Positions 36,430-51,335 are shown, numbered from the whole stretch's first letter. The stretch is 63,614 nt of DNA, filler included, from Octopus bimaculoides (GCF_001194135.2; 6 parts of 6 records of this genome joined end to end with filler, not necessarily neighbours in it); one strand, 5' to 3'. The notes: generated by a model from the sequence alone, not told the origin. Numbers and translations: made by a program.

Positions 36430-36650
36430 AAGATCAAAGGTCCTTCCCGAGCCATAGGTTCATAGGCCCAGTTTCCCGGATTCTGTATATATTCTCCCAA
36501 ATGGACGGTCCGACGCCGGACTACTCATTTTTACCAGCTGAGTGGATTGGAGCGACGTGAAATGAAGTGTTTTGCTCAAGAACACAATATATCACCGGGT
36601 CGAGAAATCGAAACCACATTTTTACGACTATAGGAGTGCAACACCCGGAT
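36430..36650 (-). mobile_element. SINE family C
   Basis: 'ccagctgagtggattggagcgacgtgaaatgaagtgttttgctcaagaacacaa..gaaatcgaaacc' (reverse B box); related copy at 3960-4120. Confidence 0.7.
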
Positions 36651-36936
36651 CTATTTTAAAACGGGGACCACATTTTTCATTAATGTTTTACGTAGTGTTT
36701 TTGGTACCGAAAGACTTTCAAACTTCGTATACTTATCTATTTTGTGTTATAGAACAGAAATATATTTGTGTATTCGAATTTATTTCATGTAAAAAATTGT
36801 CTTATTTCGATAATTTCAACCAATCACTGACAAGTATTCAGTTGTTTATATTTACTCCTTTGGCTGATTAAGCGATGTAAAGCGTATTTAATCTCCATAC
36901 CTTCGTTTTATTTGCTTTTTTCATTTTAAATTTGCT

Positions 36937-36982
36937 TTAACCCTAACCCTAACCCTAGGATTAGGGTTAGGGTTAGGGTTAA
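36937..36982. repeat. Perfect 21-bp inverted repeat of telomeric hexamers, (CCCTAA)3-GGAT-(TTAGGG)3
   Basis: ttaaccctaaccctaacccta GGAT tagggttagggttagggttaa read directly. Confidence 0.95.
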
Positions 36983-38466
36983 TTGTTTCAGAANNNNNNN
37001 NNNNNNNNNNNNNNNNNNNNNNNNNNNNNNNNNNNNNNNNNNNNNNNNNNNNNNNNNNNNNNNNNNNNNNNNNNNNNNNNNNNNNNNNNNNNNNNNNNNN
37101 NNNNNNNNNNNNNNNNNNNNNNNNNNNNNNNNNNNNNNNNNNNNNNNNNNNNNNNNNNNNNNNNNNNNNNNNNNNNNNNNNNNNNNNNNNNNNNNNNNNN
37201 NNNNNNNNNNNNNNNNNNNNNNNNNNNNNNNNNNNNNNNNNNNNNNNNNNNNNNNNNNNNNNNNNNNNNNNNNNNNNNNNNNNNNNNNNNNNNNNNNNNN
37301 NNNNNNNNNNNNNNNNNNNNNNNNNNNNNNNNNNNNNNNNNNNNNNNNNNNNNNNNNNNNNNNNNNNNNNNNNNNNNNNNNNNNNNNNNNNNNNNNNNNN
37401 NNNNNNNNNNNNNNNNNNNNNNNNNNNNNNNNNNNNNNNNNNNNNNNNNNNNNNNNNNNNNNNNNNNNNNNNNNNNNNNNNNNNNNNNNNNNNNNNNNNN
37501 NNNNNNNNNNNNNNNNNNNNNNNNNNNNNNNNNNNNNNNNNNNNNNNNNNNNNNNNNNNNNNNNNNNNNNNNNNNNNNNNNNNNNNNNNNNNNNNNNNNN
37601 NNNNNNNNNNNNNNNNNNNNNNNNNNNNNNNNNNNNNNNNNNNNNNNNNNNNNNNNNNNNNNNNNNNNNNNNNNNNNNNNNNNNNNNNNNNNNNNNNNNN
37701 NNNNNNNNNNNNNNNNNNNNNNNNNNNNNNNNNNNNNNNNNNNNNNNNNNNNNNNNNNNNNNNNNNNNNNNNNNNNNNNNNNNNNNNNNNNNNNNNNNNN
37801 NNNNNNNNNNNNNNNNNNNNNNNNNNNNNNNNNNNNNNNNNNNNNNNNNNNNNNNNNNNNNNNNNNNNNNNNATTATAGGGATGCAGAAAGTAATGGAGA
37901 CAGGTAACAATGAACGCAGAAATATAGAGAAAATGAGAAAAGAAAGAAAGAAAGAAAGGAAGGAATAAGGAAAGAAGGAAAGAAAGATAGAAAGACATAT
38001 ATATTGAAAGAGATTGGGAACCCGGTAAGAAGCCATGAGAAATAATGTGTTACGAAGGGAGATAATTTACATGTGACACGATATTAGATTAGTAAAAAGA
38101 ACAAAACCAGAAAACGAGAATACCAAAAACAAAAAAAAAATACTAAATAGAAAAAAAAAGAAACAAATAAACAAAACGAAACAAACAATATCTAGTTCTA
38201 TTGTGTCACACTTGAGGTGACTCATCATAAACGTTACTTCGTCTGAGATTAGTTTTTGGTGAAGCAGAGAGTGAATAAGGAAAAAAAAATACCAAAAAAA
38301 AACAAACAAAAACAAGAAACATGATGATGATGAGAAAAGTTCTTGTGTGTGTGTGCGTGAGTGGGGNNNNNNNNNNNNNNNNNNNNNNNNNNNNNNNNNN
38401 NNNNNNNNNNTTAATTAATTAANNNNNNNNNNNNNNNNNNNNNNNNNNNNNNNNNNNNNNNNNNNN

Positions 38467-38500
<34 letters not shown>

Positions 38501-39599
38501 TACAGTATATTAAAGTTTATTCGCCAACATAACGTTTCAGTGCTGCATAGGACTATCTTACTATTTTCCTCTTTTTCAGTTGGTGTATCTGCACATGGTC
38601 TGTGTCCGAGATATATTGTAAGCAGGGGGGGCCTATGACTCTCTTTCAAAGATAGTCAATCAATATTATTCCGCCTATTAGACGTAGCATATGATATGAT
38701 GTACCAAACTTTGTTTTCGATACTGGGCTTTCATGCATTCGAGAAATTAGTTTCTACTTTTTGGTTTCCAGTTTCTTCGACATGACAGCACGTTCTTGTC
38801 TATCGATTCTTCGATTAGTTTGGTGTTCCAGCATTTGTCGATTGAAATGTTGGTTGCGTGTCACCTGAAAGAAAAAATAATTTTTTTTCTTTTTTTCTTT
38901 TTTGCTTTTATAAATGAACTTGTATTTAGTGTTTTCAATTTTGCGTTCAAACAAACATGGAAAGAACCCCTCCTGACGGCACGTTTATTAACGTACATTG
39001 AATTCTCGAGGAACAAATTACTATAAACCTGTCTTTCGTGATAAACACATGACGTTTCATGTCTCCTGTACAATAAAGGATGCTATTGTGAGGACAATTA
39101 TCCATAAAATAGTTTAAAGCCTCACCAACTATTGCGATATAGTGTATGGTGATCTTTAGATTTGTTCAGATTTTGTTGTTTTAGTTTCAACTGGCTGGAG
39201 GGTAGCGTGGGTCGTAAGAGGAGAAGAAAAATTCAGGAAATTATTTCCCAATGTAACTTGGAAATCTATCTTTTTTCTTATGTAGTTATTCATCCTATTG
39301 AAAAAGAATTTGGTGTGGAATCTTTCAAATATCAAATACATCTTGCATGATTTGTTTTTCTTCAACAAATTTAAGGCGAAAGTAGGAAAATAGACACTGT
39401 TGTACTAATTGTTTATTAAACCAACTTTATTCGAAACCTAAAGATTACTCATGTATACGAATATGATAAGCGCAATACAAGGAGAAAACATTCTGTTGCC
39501 TATCCAACGAATCTAACAGGGAGTCTGATCAATTCGCATGCAATGTACTTTCTGATATCCCTTTTCTATTCATCAGTTTGATCTTAATGTGGTTTCGTC

Positions 39600-40300
39600 T
39601 CTTGTGAGATATTTTGGTGTAGAATTATAGAAACATAGCTCTTCTGTGACCTAGAGTGTTACTAATCGTATTTAGAGAGACATTGAGAATCATTGTAGGG
39701 TTTGCGGATAAATCCTTCGCCTTTCTGTAAATATCTGCGCTCAATCGCAGCTGTATACAACGACGGGACGTCAGGAAAATCGACCATTTTTGATCCCCAC
39801 TGTGTGAGACCACGACCGACCAATGTTTATACCATACTCTCTGCAATTTGCAGTGTTGATGGCATTTCGCCTTCACGTTCTGAAGATATCTATTGAAAGC
39901 CATTCTGGTCTTGGCAAATATGTTGTCGACGTGATTCAGGTTATGAATTGTTCGAGAGTGAACCTTGATAAGCTATGCTCTTATGAATATGACGAAATTT
40001 TATATTGAGAATATATCGTATGTACAAGAAAAACTTGTTCACATCTGTCAAAGGGATGACCTAAATGAGAAGAACAGACAGTGTTTAGGACAATTTTAAC
40101 ACCTTGCACATGAAATGGAGTTTAGCGCTGGGTTCTTCAAACAAAGCAGTGAGTCGCATGATAATCCATCCCTGTTTGATTTGTAATGATATCTACTGCT
40201 TCCATTGATTATCACATGCTCATTTGCGTTTGTCCATCTTAAGTGTCTGGGGTAAATTTTGCGGCGGCATTAACTGCACATAAGTTGATTCCGTTCAGAG
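39600..40300 (-). mobile_element. Possible RTE-type LINE RT remnant
   Basis: Minus: HVIINGS..IKQGWII (GVKQGC-like) and QLR...R (QLRW.GH-like), heavily decayed. Confidence 0.35.
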
Positions 40301-42067
40301 AGTGTTGCGCAATCCTCCTCCTATCATTTTCTGGATATGCTTTCCCATGGATGTTTAATGTAAGTACAAATATTTATCGATGGATTATATGACCAGGATT
40401 TTTTTAATGTTTCAACATGTTCTTAGCATTCCATAATGCTTACTAAGCCCGCACTTTTAACAATGGAAACCTAAGTCGGCCAGAATCGATTTTCAAATCT
40501 GAGGATGGAAATAATGCGAAGCAATAAGGGCATAATATCCGGTATTTGTCTTACTTAAACCTTAAACATATTACAGATTCTTGGAGCCATATTTCTGATG
40601 GGTGTGCAAAACAAACTTTAAATCACGTGCTTCACCCAGAGATGCTACATCAACTTGAATATTGTATACAGCAAGCCATTCTCGTATTGAAGAGAAGTGG
40701 AAATTATTGTACGGAGCATTTTCGATTTCATGATGAGAAAAAGAATGAATTTCAATGAAGACAGAATTGAATAATATAATTGGATTTAGAACTTCTACCG
40801 CTTGTTTTTATTGCAACAAAAATGTTACAGAGTGAATTTTTCGTTCTAAAACCTAGCAAACAACTCGATGACGCATAGTTATGTTTGAGGATGAAAATGT
40901 TTTTAATCTATGGCAAAATAACTGTTTAAAAATTTGTTTCTGAAATAAGATATCCGCGGTATACACATATGGCGTATGAGGTATATTGTTATCAGTGCTA
41001 TTAATATTCTTCTGCTTCAATATTTGCTCATGGAATGTCAATAATAATGTAATATATAAAGCAAGAAAAGCCTAACTTAATAACTCGTATTACTTAATTT
41101 TAAAAAGTTTATAAACTGAATATAGATTTAGCATTTGAATATCAATAAAACCCGGCAGCACTTTTTCAATCATGTTTGGCTAGACAAATGTGTCTGGTTG
41201 CTCTTTTGTAATGTATTCAGTGTTTTCTATTTTTTTTCTCGGTTAAATTTGTAAACTTACAAAGCAGTCGTTTCTACGGGAGTGCTGTATATTTTGCATT
41301 ATATATTTCGTTTATCGATCGCACCGAGAGATAAAGTAACAAATTTATCTCAGACGTCTGGAAAATTAACAAAATGTTTAAAATATTTAATCATCATACA
41401 AAACTTACGTGAATAATTTATATGTATTACATAAAAATTGATGTAGGTGAGAGTAAATATATGCATATTTTTCATATCACAGACATTTATGAGTTTTTCA
41501 TATATATTTATTCTTTACTGTTTATTTTTTTTATTTCTCTTCTATCAACACGATTTAATATAATTGAAAATAAAATGAGTTTATTCTTTAAATGTTTACA
41601 TATATTATATAAGTTTAATACATACAAAAAATTTATAATCACTTAAACTAAATCATGAAATTTTTTCTTTCGTAAGGTATGAGAAATGCTACAAACATAT
41701 CAATTATATTTCTTCTTTTTACTTAGTGATAAAGTAAATGTGTTACAATTATCACCTGTAACAACTGTTATTTTCAAAGAAATAAATATAAGCAAGTGAG
41801 CATGAACATGAAAGGGAATAACTTGCACGAACATGACATCCTATATGACAACCAATTTACAACTACATAGGGAATAGTTTTTTTCATGTATATAAATAAT
41901 TATTTAATTATCGTAACAGCTACACGATCATTTGATCCTCTTCTAATAACCGCCAGATATATCTGAAAATATACGAAACTGTATTTAAACATGATAGAAT
42001 ATGTCGAAAAATATACCCACTGAGAAAGAAAGAAAATGAATGTCCAAACAGGACATATTTTATCAAA

Positions 42068-42297
42068 TACAAAGGCGTGGTGAAAAGTTTCTGGTTTTAA
42101 GAGTATCGCAAAAGGCCTGGTTCGTGGCCCAGAATTCTGAATTCTTTTATAGGTCTTAGAAAAACTGAAGGACCGCTGCAATAAGTGAAATGTTGAATAA
42201 AATCAATAAGTGAAATGTTGAATAAAATCATAATTAATTGATTCTCCTGTATTTTGTTTTAGTCAATGCCTGGAACGTTTCAGCACGCCCTCGCATA
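42068..42297. mobile_element. Mariner-derived MITE
   Basis: Imperfect TIRs 'tacaaaggcgtggtgaaaagtttctgg' / 'cctggaacgtttcagcacgccctcgcata' bounded by TA; internal 24-25 bp tandem duplication. Confidence 0.75.
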
Positions 42298-43394
42298 AAA
42301 CAATCAAAGTTCTCCTGAATTATACAAGTAGGAAACATAGCGAAATATGTTCACGCAATATGTAAGTAGATTTATTAAGAGATTTATAAAACCTTAATGT
42401 AGAAGATGATAAACCTGGCATATATATTTATATATTTATATTTACGTTGTACTTCTGCGCATATATATAATGAGTAAAAGCGTAATGGGGGAAAGACTTC
42501 CTTCGGTCATGAATGCACAATGGATTGCACCTTGAAAGTTACTCTCCAATGCAAGTTTTTCTTTCTTATGGAAGATCAGCAGTAACACACCGATGTTATT
42601 TAAGGGAAAGGCAAAAGCCGATACAGCTCGGCACCAGTGACATCGCAACTCTTTTCTACAGCTGACAGAACTTGAGCAACATGTAATAAAGTGAATTGAA
42701 CCAACGTGTAATAAAGAGAATTGGACCAAATTCTCATGTATAGGTCGATGTAAATAAGTTTTTATTAGTAAATTTCTGAATTGAATATTCACAGGAAAAT
42801 ATAGATTTCATTTTAAACTAATTAACACACACACACACACGTACGCACGAACGCACGAGCGCTCACGCATACACCTACATATATACATTTGTATATATGT
42901 ACGTATGTATGCGTATGTGTGTGTGCTTGTGTGTATGCATGAACATGAAACAGAAACATCATATAAAATATAAATATATATGTTTGTTTCATGTTTTATA
43001 ACACATACAAATACACACATACACAAAAATACACACACACGTGCATCCCCTCACACATACGGACAGGAACACACCAGACAGACACGCATAGATCATTCAT
43101 ATTCTAAAGAACCGAGACGATCAAGTTACTAGCTAATTACTATATATTCTTTCATATTTCAATATTGGAACAGTAATAATTTGAAGTAGAAAGAGAAATA
43201 TTGAGCACGAAGTATGTGTGTATATCTGGGTGTGTGTATGTGCGAGTGTTTGCATGTGTATGTGTATGTGTATATGTATGAGTGCGCAGTAATGCATGTG
43301 TGCGCAGTAATGCATGTGTGCGCGCGTGTTTTGTATGAGATTGTAGGATCGATATATATTTTCTATACAAATATTGAACAATGAAACAGCTTTA

Positions 43395-43462
<68 letters not shown>

Positions 43463-43517
43463 GGTCTGTCTGTCTGACTGTCTGTCTGTTTGTATGTCTG
43501 TCTGTCTATATGTCTGC

Positions 43518-43562
<45 letters not shown>

Positions 43563-43590
43563 AATCTATTTATCTATCTATCTATCTTTT
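43395..43590. repeat. (ATCT)n/(GTCT)n tetranucleotide repeat
   Basis: Read directly. Confidence 0.95.
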
Positions 43591-44518
43591 TTTGTCTTTA
43601 TACATATATACATACATACACACACATATATGTATATATATATGTGTGTGTCTGTTTGTGTAAATGTGTGCGTGTATGTTTATATATAAGTATNNNNNNN
43701 NNNNNNNNNNNNNNNNNNNNNNNNNNNNNNNNNNNNNNNNNNNNNNNNNNNNNNNNNNNNNNNNNNNNNNNNNNNNNNNNNNNNNNNNNNNNNNNNNNNN
43801 NNNNNNNNNNNNNNNNNNNNNNNNNNNNNNNNNNNNNNNNNNNNNNNNNNNNNNNNNNNNNNNNNNNNNNNNNNNNNNNNNNNNNNNNNNNNNNNNNNNN
43901 NNNNNNNNNNNNNNNNNNNNNNNNNNNNNNNNNNNNNNNNNNNNNNNNNNNNNNNNNNNNNTATATATATATATATATATTTATGCATGTATATATATAA
44001 ATATATGTGTGTGTGCGTGTGTGTACATATATAAAGAAATAAGTAGTAGAAGGAAGAGAACTAGTGAATGACATATCTACCTATATACTGTACAAAGAAA
44101 GGATGTTAACAACTATTTATTACGTAGAGAGTTGAATGAAAACCTATAGATATATTCAATATCTTATATAAAGTACATAATACATTATATACGAATAACT
44201 AAACAAATACATTTATAGATATACCTATACATGATTTAGAACTTTTAGAATCAGAGAAAAACCGTGTGTATGCACAGAACACAGTACTTCCGAAATGCAA
44301 TTTGCCGTAAATCTTTTCAAAGTATTCTTTTCTACCTATTCACAACAGTGAATTAATTTCCTACATCCTCACTGCAATACATTCTTTGTATACCATTCAG
44401 TATATATTTGTTTTGAATGATGATTGTCTATAAATTCCTTTGTGTAGGTATTTACGTTTGATTCGATTCTGTATTGTGTGATTTTGTTTAAAATCTGTTA
44501 TAGTTTACATGTCTGTTT

Positions 44519-44552
<34 letters not shown>

Positions 44553-45279
44553 NNNNNNNNNNNNNNNNNNNNNNNNNNNNNNNNNNNNNNNNNNNNNNNN
44601 NNNNNNNNNNNNNNNNNNNNNNNNNNNNNNNNNNNNNNNNNNNNNNNNNNNNNNNNNNNNNNNNNNNNNNNNNNNNNNNNNNNNNNNNNNNNNNNNNNNN
44701 NNNNNNNNNNNNNNNNNNNNNNNNNNNNNNNNNNNNNNNNNNNNNNNNNNNNNNNNNNNNNNNNNNNNNNNNNNNNNNNNNNNNNNNNNNNNNNNNNNNN
44801 NNNNNNNNNNNNNNNNNNNNNNNNNNNNNNNNNNNNNNNNNNNNNNNNNNNNNNNNNNNNNNNNNNNNNNNNNNNNNNNNNNNNNNNNNNNNNNNNNNNN
44901 NNNNNNNNNNNNNNNNNNNNNNNNNNNNNNNNNNNNNNNNNNNNNNNNNNNNNNNNNNNNNNNNNNNNNNNNNNNNTATATATATATATATATATGCATG
45001 CATATGTACGTATTATATATTAAAAGTTTGCATACTGCATTTATACAAATAAGCAAAGAAAATATATAATAGAAGAGAAAAAAATAAAGATATACTATTC
45101 TACTTTATTCCATGCAGCACAACACATTTACCTCCCTCCAGTAATTGAGAGCTCTCTATTGATATACGTTTTATCATTTATTACAAAGCACTTTGGATAT
45201 GTACAGACTTAAATGATATTAATATTTTTATTGACGTTATATTACCGCATTGTCAATACAATCATTATGACGTGTATTG

Positions 45280-45425
<146 letters not shown>

Positions 45426-46178
45426 AGAATTAGTATTATGTTTCAATGATATTCTTGTGCTAGTTACGCAAACAGTTATATACGTTTTACTACGTGTATA
45501 AGTGTGTGATCGTTTGTGTGTGTGTTTGTATATACGTTTTAGGTGGATGGGAAGATGGAACTCTGAATGTATTTAAAAAACATGCATATATATCAATATA
45601 TATTCGATATTATTTGATATATCTAAACAAACTGTATGTACTGACGATTTTATTAATGCTATAATCACTTCTGAGATATATTCTGCAAAATATAAGGCTC
45701 ATATCTTTCAAATATGACATAATTCAAAATGCATGTTGAATGTATTTAATAACTTAAAGCATTTTGAATATTGTCCTACATCTACTGTATATAATGTTTT
45801 AAAGAAATTCATTCATACTTTCGTTCATTTCCTAAAAGAGTACGCCTTGAGATGCTGAAATACTGCTTACATATCTTAAAGTAAATGTAGTCTATCATAT
45901 TTCATTGAATTTTATTGAGTTTTACGGTTACACACACACAAACACACACACATATATGAGCAGTATATTTTGAAAATCATCGCAATTAGTAACTACCAAG
46001 GACACAACTACTTAGAGACATAAAAAGCAACCTATTTTTCCATGAAAGCACAACAACTCAAGTCAGAGAATATACGGAGGACGCATTGGAAGTTGTAGAT
46101 TTGTTACTTCGCCTAGAATGCCGATAGGACTGATATTGGTAGAATGTTTTTAAGAGAGTTAAATTTAGGATAAAGAAA

Positions 46179-46350
46179 TATTGGGTTGTCCGGAAAGTTC
46201 ATGCCGATTTTTAAAGGAAAAAAAAGATCAATATACACTTGCCATTACATTTTTAATCAACCAAATATAAAACAATTTGTTGCACAATGCGTCTACATCT
46301 TTCCTTTAATTTAAAAATACTCTCTTCCCAGAATTGAGGTGGTTTCATAG
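46179..46350. mobile_element. Mariner-type transposon end
   Basis: TA + 'ttgggttgtccggaaagttcatgccgattttt' resembles a mariner TIR; partner end not found. Confidence 0.55.
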
Positions 46351-46357
46351 CAAATAT

Positions 46358-46889
46358 AAGCCGTGCCTTTTCCAGGGCTCCGTCTGGTGGCGTTGGAGTG
46401 TATACTTTTCCGCTTCCTGTGGAAGGGATGCGTCCTGATGGTCAGGTAGTCTGTCTGTTGTCAACAACCACTGCGTGGTGGCCTGACATGCTGCGGTTGA
46501 TGACGCGCAGACATGCGCCGAGGCCACGACATCTCTAGTGCTCCCTTGACGGTGAACAGGTGTGGTCGCCTTTCACCAGACACGTATTTCCGCAGCCAGT
46601 TTCTTTAGCAGAACTGCAGTTTTGGGTAAAACAGAGAACAAGAGGGAGCATTTGGAAAGAGGAATGGCTTCAAGTCCTCACTGCACTCAATAAGTCAGAC
46701 ACTGCGATAGGCGGAACGTCCACTTTAGCCTTGTATATAGAATTAATGGACGAAAAGTGTGATGACGTTCTTGGAGAGACCTTGGGCGTCGAAGATCAAC
46801 TAGCCGTTTTTTCCAGGGATCTTTCGGCCCGGGATCGAAGGATGATTAATGGTACAGAGGGAAGTGTTATCTTCCAGCTAGTTTGCTGA
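46358..46889 (+). mobile_element. L1/Tx1 ORF2 post-RT fragment
   Basis: VPFPGLRLVALECILFRFLWKGCVLMVR*SVCCQQPLRGGL..GEQVWSPFTRHVFPQ..DDVLGETLGV; homologous to the 3' part of the 14880-16030 remnant. Confidence 0.8.
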
Positions 46890-47239
46890 AAGGTAGATCA
46901 AAGTGGCGAAAATGGTGCCAATGAACGGGCTTGACCTGAACATACGCATGTAGCTGGTAAAAAGAAAAAAAAAACGGGCCCCTCCCCAAAAGTCAGGGTA
47001 CCCATGGTCTTTTATGGGGTTTTTCCTTTATTAGCTCTCCTTCCTGTTGAAGATTACACATCGTTTATTTTGTTAGTCTTGTTTATACGCAAAACTCTCA
47101 GAACTACACACACACACACATACGCACACATGTATTCTTTGTTTTGTCCAGTACTGTCCACAATGTTTTCTTATGGTATACCGTTGTGATTAATAAAGAA
47201 ATCATTATTACTATTATTATCATTTTCATCATCGTTATT

Positions 47240-47326
47240 GTAGTAATAGTAGTAGTAGCAGTAGTAGTAGTAGTAGTGGTGGTGGTGGTGGTGATGGTGG
47301 TGGTGGCGGCAGCAGCAGCAGCAGCC

Positions 47327-47392
<66 letters not shown>

Positions 47393-47400
47393 ACTGTAGT
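47240..47400. repeat. (GTA)n/(GTG)n/(GCA)n compound repeat
   Basis: Read directly. Confidence 0.9.
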
Positions 47401-48151
47401 TGCTATTTTCTCTAACGACAAAATTATGGGTTACATTCGGTTTGTTTTAAAGTAACTCAGAATCTATATAATGTGAAGTGGAATATCTTTTTTCTAGTTG
47501 TAAAATAACTGATTCCTTTCTATTTAAGTTTTCCAAAAAATTACTGAATATATTTCTATTTATCTAAAATGAGAAGCTTTACTAAAAAAAAAAAAAAGTA
47601 AAAAAAAATCATCGTTACGTTCATTTGACAGCTAACAAATGGGTAAACGAGTAAAATATCGCATATATTAGATTAAGTCTATACCATTGTATGAGAGATT
47701 CCATACGAAACACTCATACAATCTTAAGGACAACGATCATACTTAGTAACTTTGAATACATTGTTAACAGCAATGTAACGAGGAAATAAAAGTACTTATC
47801 TAAATCCCCCAAATGCATATCGTCGGTGATTTACGCTTTCTGACATTCACCTCTTTATTCCATGTATTATTAACTATCTTAATATATAAGATTATCATCA
47901 ACTGTAACTTATTTGTCAGCATATTTTACGCTACTGACACGTGATAAAGGATTATTTCATGAATAACTTACACAATTGCGTATAACCATACATTTTCTTT
48001 TATTTTTTAAACAGTTATCTCACTTAAAAAAAAAAACCAAATTCACATATTCACATATGTATACATACATGTATAAATACTTAATACAAATATTATATAC
48101 ACACACATATGGACACCCCCACACACACATACATACACACATACATACACA

Positions 48152-48205
<54 letters not shown>

Positions 48206-48206
48206 G

Positions 48207-48349
48207 TGGCAGGTGTGGCAGAGTGGTAAAATATTTGCTTCCTAACAACATGGTTCCGGGTTCACTCATACTGCGTGGCATTTCGGAAAGTTTCATTCTG
48301 TTAGAGACTTTTGAACGGATTTGATAGAAGAAACTGAAAGAAGCCGGTA

Positions 48350-48391
<42 letters not shown>

Positions 48392-48602
48392 ATGTATGTG
48401 TGTGTGTTTATACCCCCACTATCGCTTGTCAACCGATGTTGGTGTGTTTATGTGCCTGTAACTTTGCGGCTCGGCAAAAAGAAACCGATAAAATAAGTGC
48501 TAGGCTTACAAAGAATAAGTTCTCGGCTCGATTTGTTCTACTAAACGGCGATGATCCAGCATGGCCGCAGTCAAATGACTGAAACAAGTAAAAGAATAAA
48601 AG
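48207..48602 (+). mobile_element. SINE family B
   Basis: Head 'ggcaggtgtggcagagtggtaa..ggttccgggttca', internal (TA)n, tail 'cagtcaaatgactgaaacaagtaaaagaataaaag'. Confidence 0.9.
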
Positions 48603-50059
48603 AAAATATATATTCATCGCTTGTTAATTTTATCCCATATTTTGCTCAAATGTCACTCGAATCACTAATATTTTTCTTTTTCTTTTTCTTTTTGCATCCA
48701 CAAGCTTCGAATCTCCCAATATTTAAAATCTTGCGTTGATGAGTTCTTTTATTTACAACAAATATCCATTTCCCAAGTATCATCCATATAATTTACGAAT
48801 ATCTCCTGTAATTTGCCATTCAACTAAAAATTTTATTGGAATTTTTTCTCTTATAATTTATGTTTTGGTGCATCTTTGCTGATTTAATTAAAAGTAAATA
48901 TGCAGATATGCTCGTCATTTAGATTTGAATTATTTTCATCAGTAATGCGCAGCCATGTTTTCTTACTCGTCTTATAATCACGCACATAAACATTTCTTCA
49001 TTGCTTCAGGCCCTTCAAAGATATTTTAGTTAATTTAAGCGTTCGTAGGATGTCATCTCGATTTTAGAAAGAGAGAGATTAGAAGTTTACGGTGTAGTCT
49101 TACATTTTGATCTATTTCTTGGAATGAGCTGGCACAAATGAAGGTGAAATGATGGTGAGATAGCGTTCGCTCCTAATTAGCTTTTAGAGCAATAAATTTA
49201 AACAGGTGTTTCAAGATAGCAGGAAATTTACGAAGCTGGGAAAATTTACGAAGCTACGAGGCAGAATGGTGTTTCGCAGACAAATTAGTCACTCTAATAT
49301 TGCTGCCATTCCAATAAAGTTAGGGATTACTAAAAACAATAAAATCTACATGAAAAGTAAAAAAAAAATACAAAAGGAAAATGGCCTGGAAAATAAGATG
49401 AAAAAAAAATAAATAGAAGCTATTTCTATACAAGTTGCAACAGCTGAACGTTTAAAATGCATGATAAAGATAGAATTAGAATATAGCAATTTTCATTGAA
49501 ATTGTGTTAGTTCTCTATGAATTCTAGTTGTCAAGTACTAATAACACTACTAAAAGTACGGTTTTAGATACGTGTAACAATAATTATCAACAGCTACCTA
49601 CCTACACAGCTCACCTTAAAGGAAGAAGGGGATTACGATCAGCAGCTGAATTCCCTTCACCACCAGCAACGCCAGCGCTGGCAACACCACCACCACCAAT
49701 AATAACAGCAAAAACAAAACGACCGCCACATCTCCACCATATATACTACCAAAAACAACTTAAACATTCGCTATACTAACACCATCGCCAACTCATCCAT
49801 CGCAGCCGCTGCAAACGATTTGCCATCGCCAGTCATTAAATCAACTTTGACATGAAAATTGCAGCGCTCATGTAGGCTAAACCAGTTAAGGCTGGTGTGT
49901 AAATATTATTTTACCGTGCTTCTCCGTGTAGAAAGAAGACATGTTGTACTTGCTATATTGTTATAGTCCCCTTTAAATAAACAATCAACTATCACTTATT
50001 GCAAAATCTGTTTTGTGTCGTTACAATTTTATATGTGTTACTTATTTTTATATTCATCT

Positions 50060-50089
50060 TTATTATTATTATTATCATCATCATCATCA

Positions 50090-50142
<53 letters not shown>
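50060..50142. repeat. (TAT)n/(CAT)n repeat
   Basis: Read directly. Confidence 0.9.
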
Positions 50143-51164
50143 TCTGTTGTTCTCGCTGTTGGTTTTTAATTCTACTACCGTCTCTACATTTCTATACTGA
50201 CGCGAATGTCTTGCACGGCACCTCAGTAATGGTGACACTGCTGTGATGTGTAGTTGTTGGCCAGCGGTTTTGTTTTCAAAGTATATTTTGGCGTGATATT
50301 AACAATGTACGTGCGCGGGTGCACCCATATCGAGCACATACGCGTGCGTGTGTCTCTGTTTATGTATTTCTATGTATGTATCAATGCATAAGTAAGTATG
50401 TATATGCTTGCTAATCTCTCCCAATCTCTCTCACGCACACACGTATGATTGTGCGCATGGAAGAACGTGTGTGTTTCGCTATATGCCATTTATTCGAATA
50501 TAATGCAAGCTACAGCAATGCATTATATTCTCCACTAGCTGGCTACGTGCCGCCAATGATGATGGCCAATTGTAGTATTTTATATATAAATACGGTACAA
50601 AATAAAGTGCGTAATAATCACTCATACAAACATTCACATACTTCCCTTGTACACGCACACACGTACACAAATATACTCACACAGAGTTGAAACGCTGATT
50701 TTTGTTTCACCCCTTCCTTTCTCTCATTGCTAGTACTTTCTCCCACTCCCTCTCAGTCAGGGATATTACTCTCACTACTTCTCCTTCACTGAACTACTAT
50801 TCTCTTTCCTCCGCGTCCGGCGTGATTCTGGACAAATATATATATATATATATATACACACAAATATATGAAAACACTATGCTCATTATTATATTAGGAG
50901 ATTATAATACACATATCTTATCGCAGACCTAATTATATTTGATTTAGTCAACTAATATAAGAGAGTTGCAAAACATAAAATGTATTCGACGCCCTAAACA
51001 TATAAGCAAAACAAAGGAATGTGGGTTATAATGATTTTAATCACAAAATTTGATATTTAAATGCTTAATTTTAAGGAATAATGTGTAAAAAAATCTCAGA
51101 CTGTATGCTTGCTTATAGACTTAACAATAGCTTCCAAACTTTTTCGGTGCGCATATTGGTTCAT

Positions 51165-51279
51165 TGTCAGGCGTGGGAGTAACATTGTTTTGTGTTTAGG
51201 TCCACTGTGTGACTGGCAAATGTTACCTACGATAGCATTGCGAGTGGATTTGATAGACGGAAACTAAAAGAAAACCGTC

Positions 51280-51335
<56 letters not shown>
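51165..51335 (+). mobile_element. SINE family B 5' fragment ending in (TA)n
   Basis: 'gagtggatttgatagacggaaactaaaagaaaaccgtcgtatatata'. Confidence 0.7.

Noticed and set aside
36937-36982. Interpretation as a chromosome end-to-end fusion scar
   Set aside because: Orientation is CCCTAA then TTAGGG, the reverse of a fusion signature, and the tract is only three units per arm.
38195-38240. Minus-strand AUGAUGA-GUCAC..GUGAC hairpin
   Set aside because: C3 and the GAAA box are absent.
40546-40758. HISDGCAKQ similar to a transposase SDGCAxQ motif
   Set aside because: Rest of the motif context absent; single short match.
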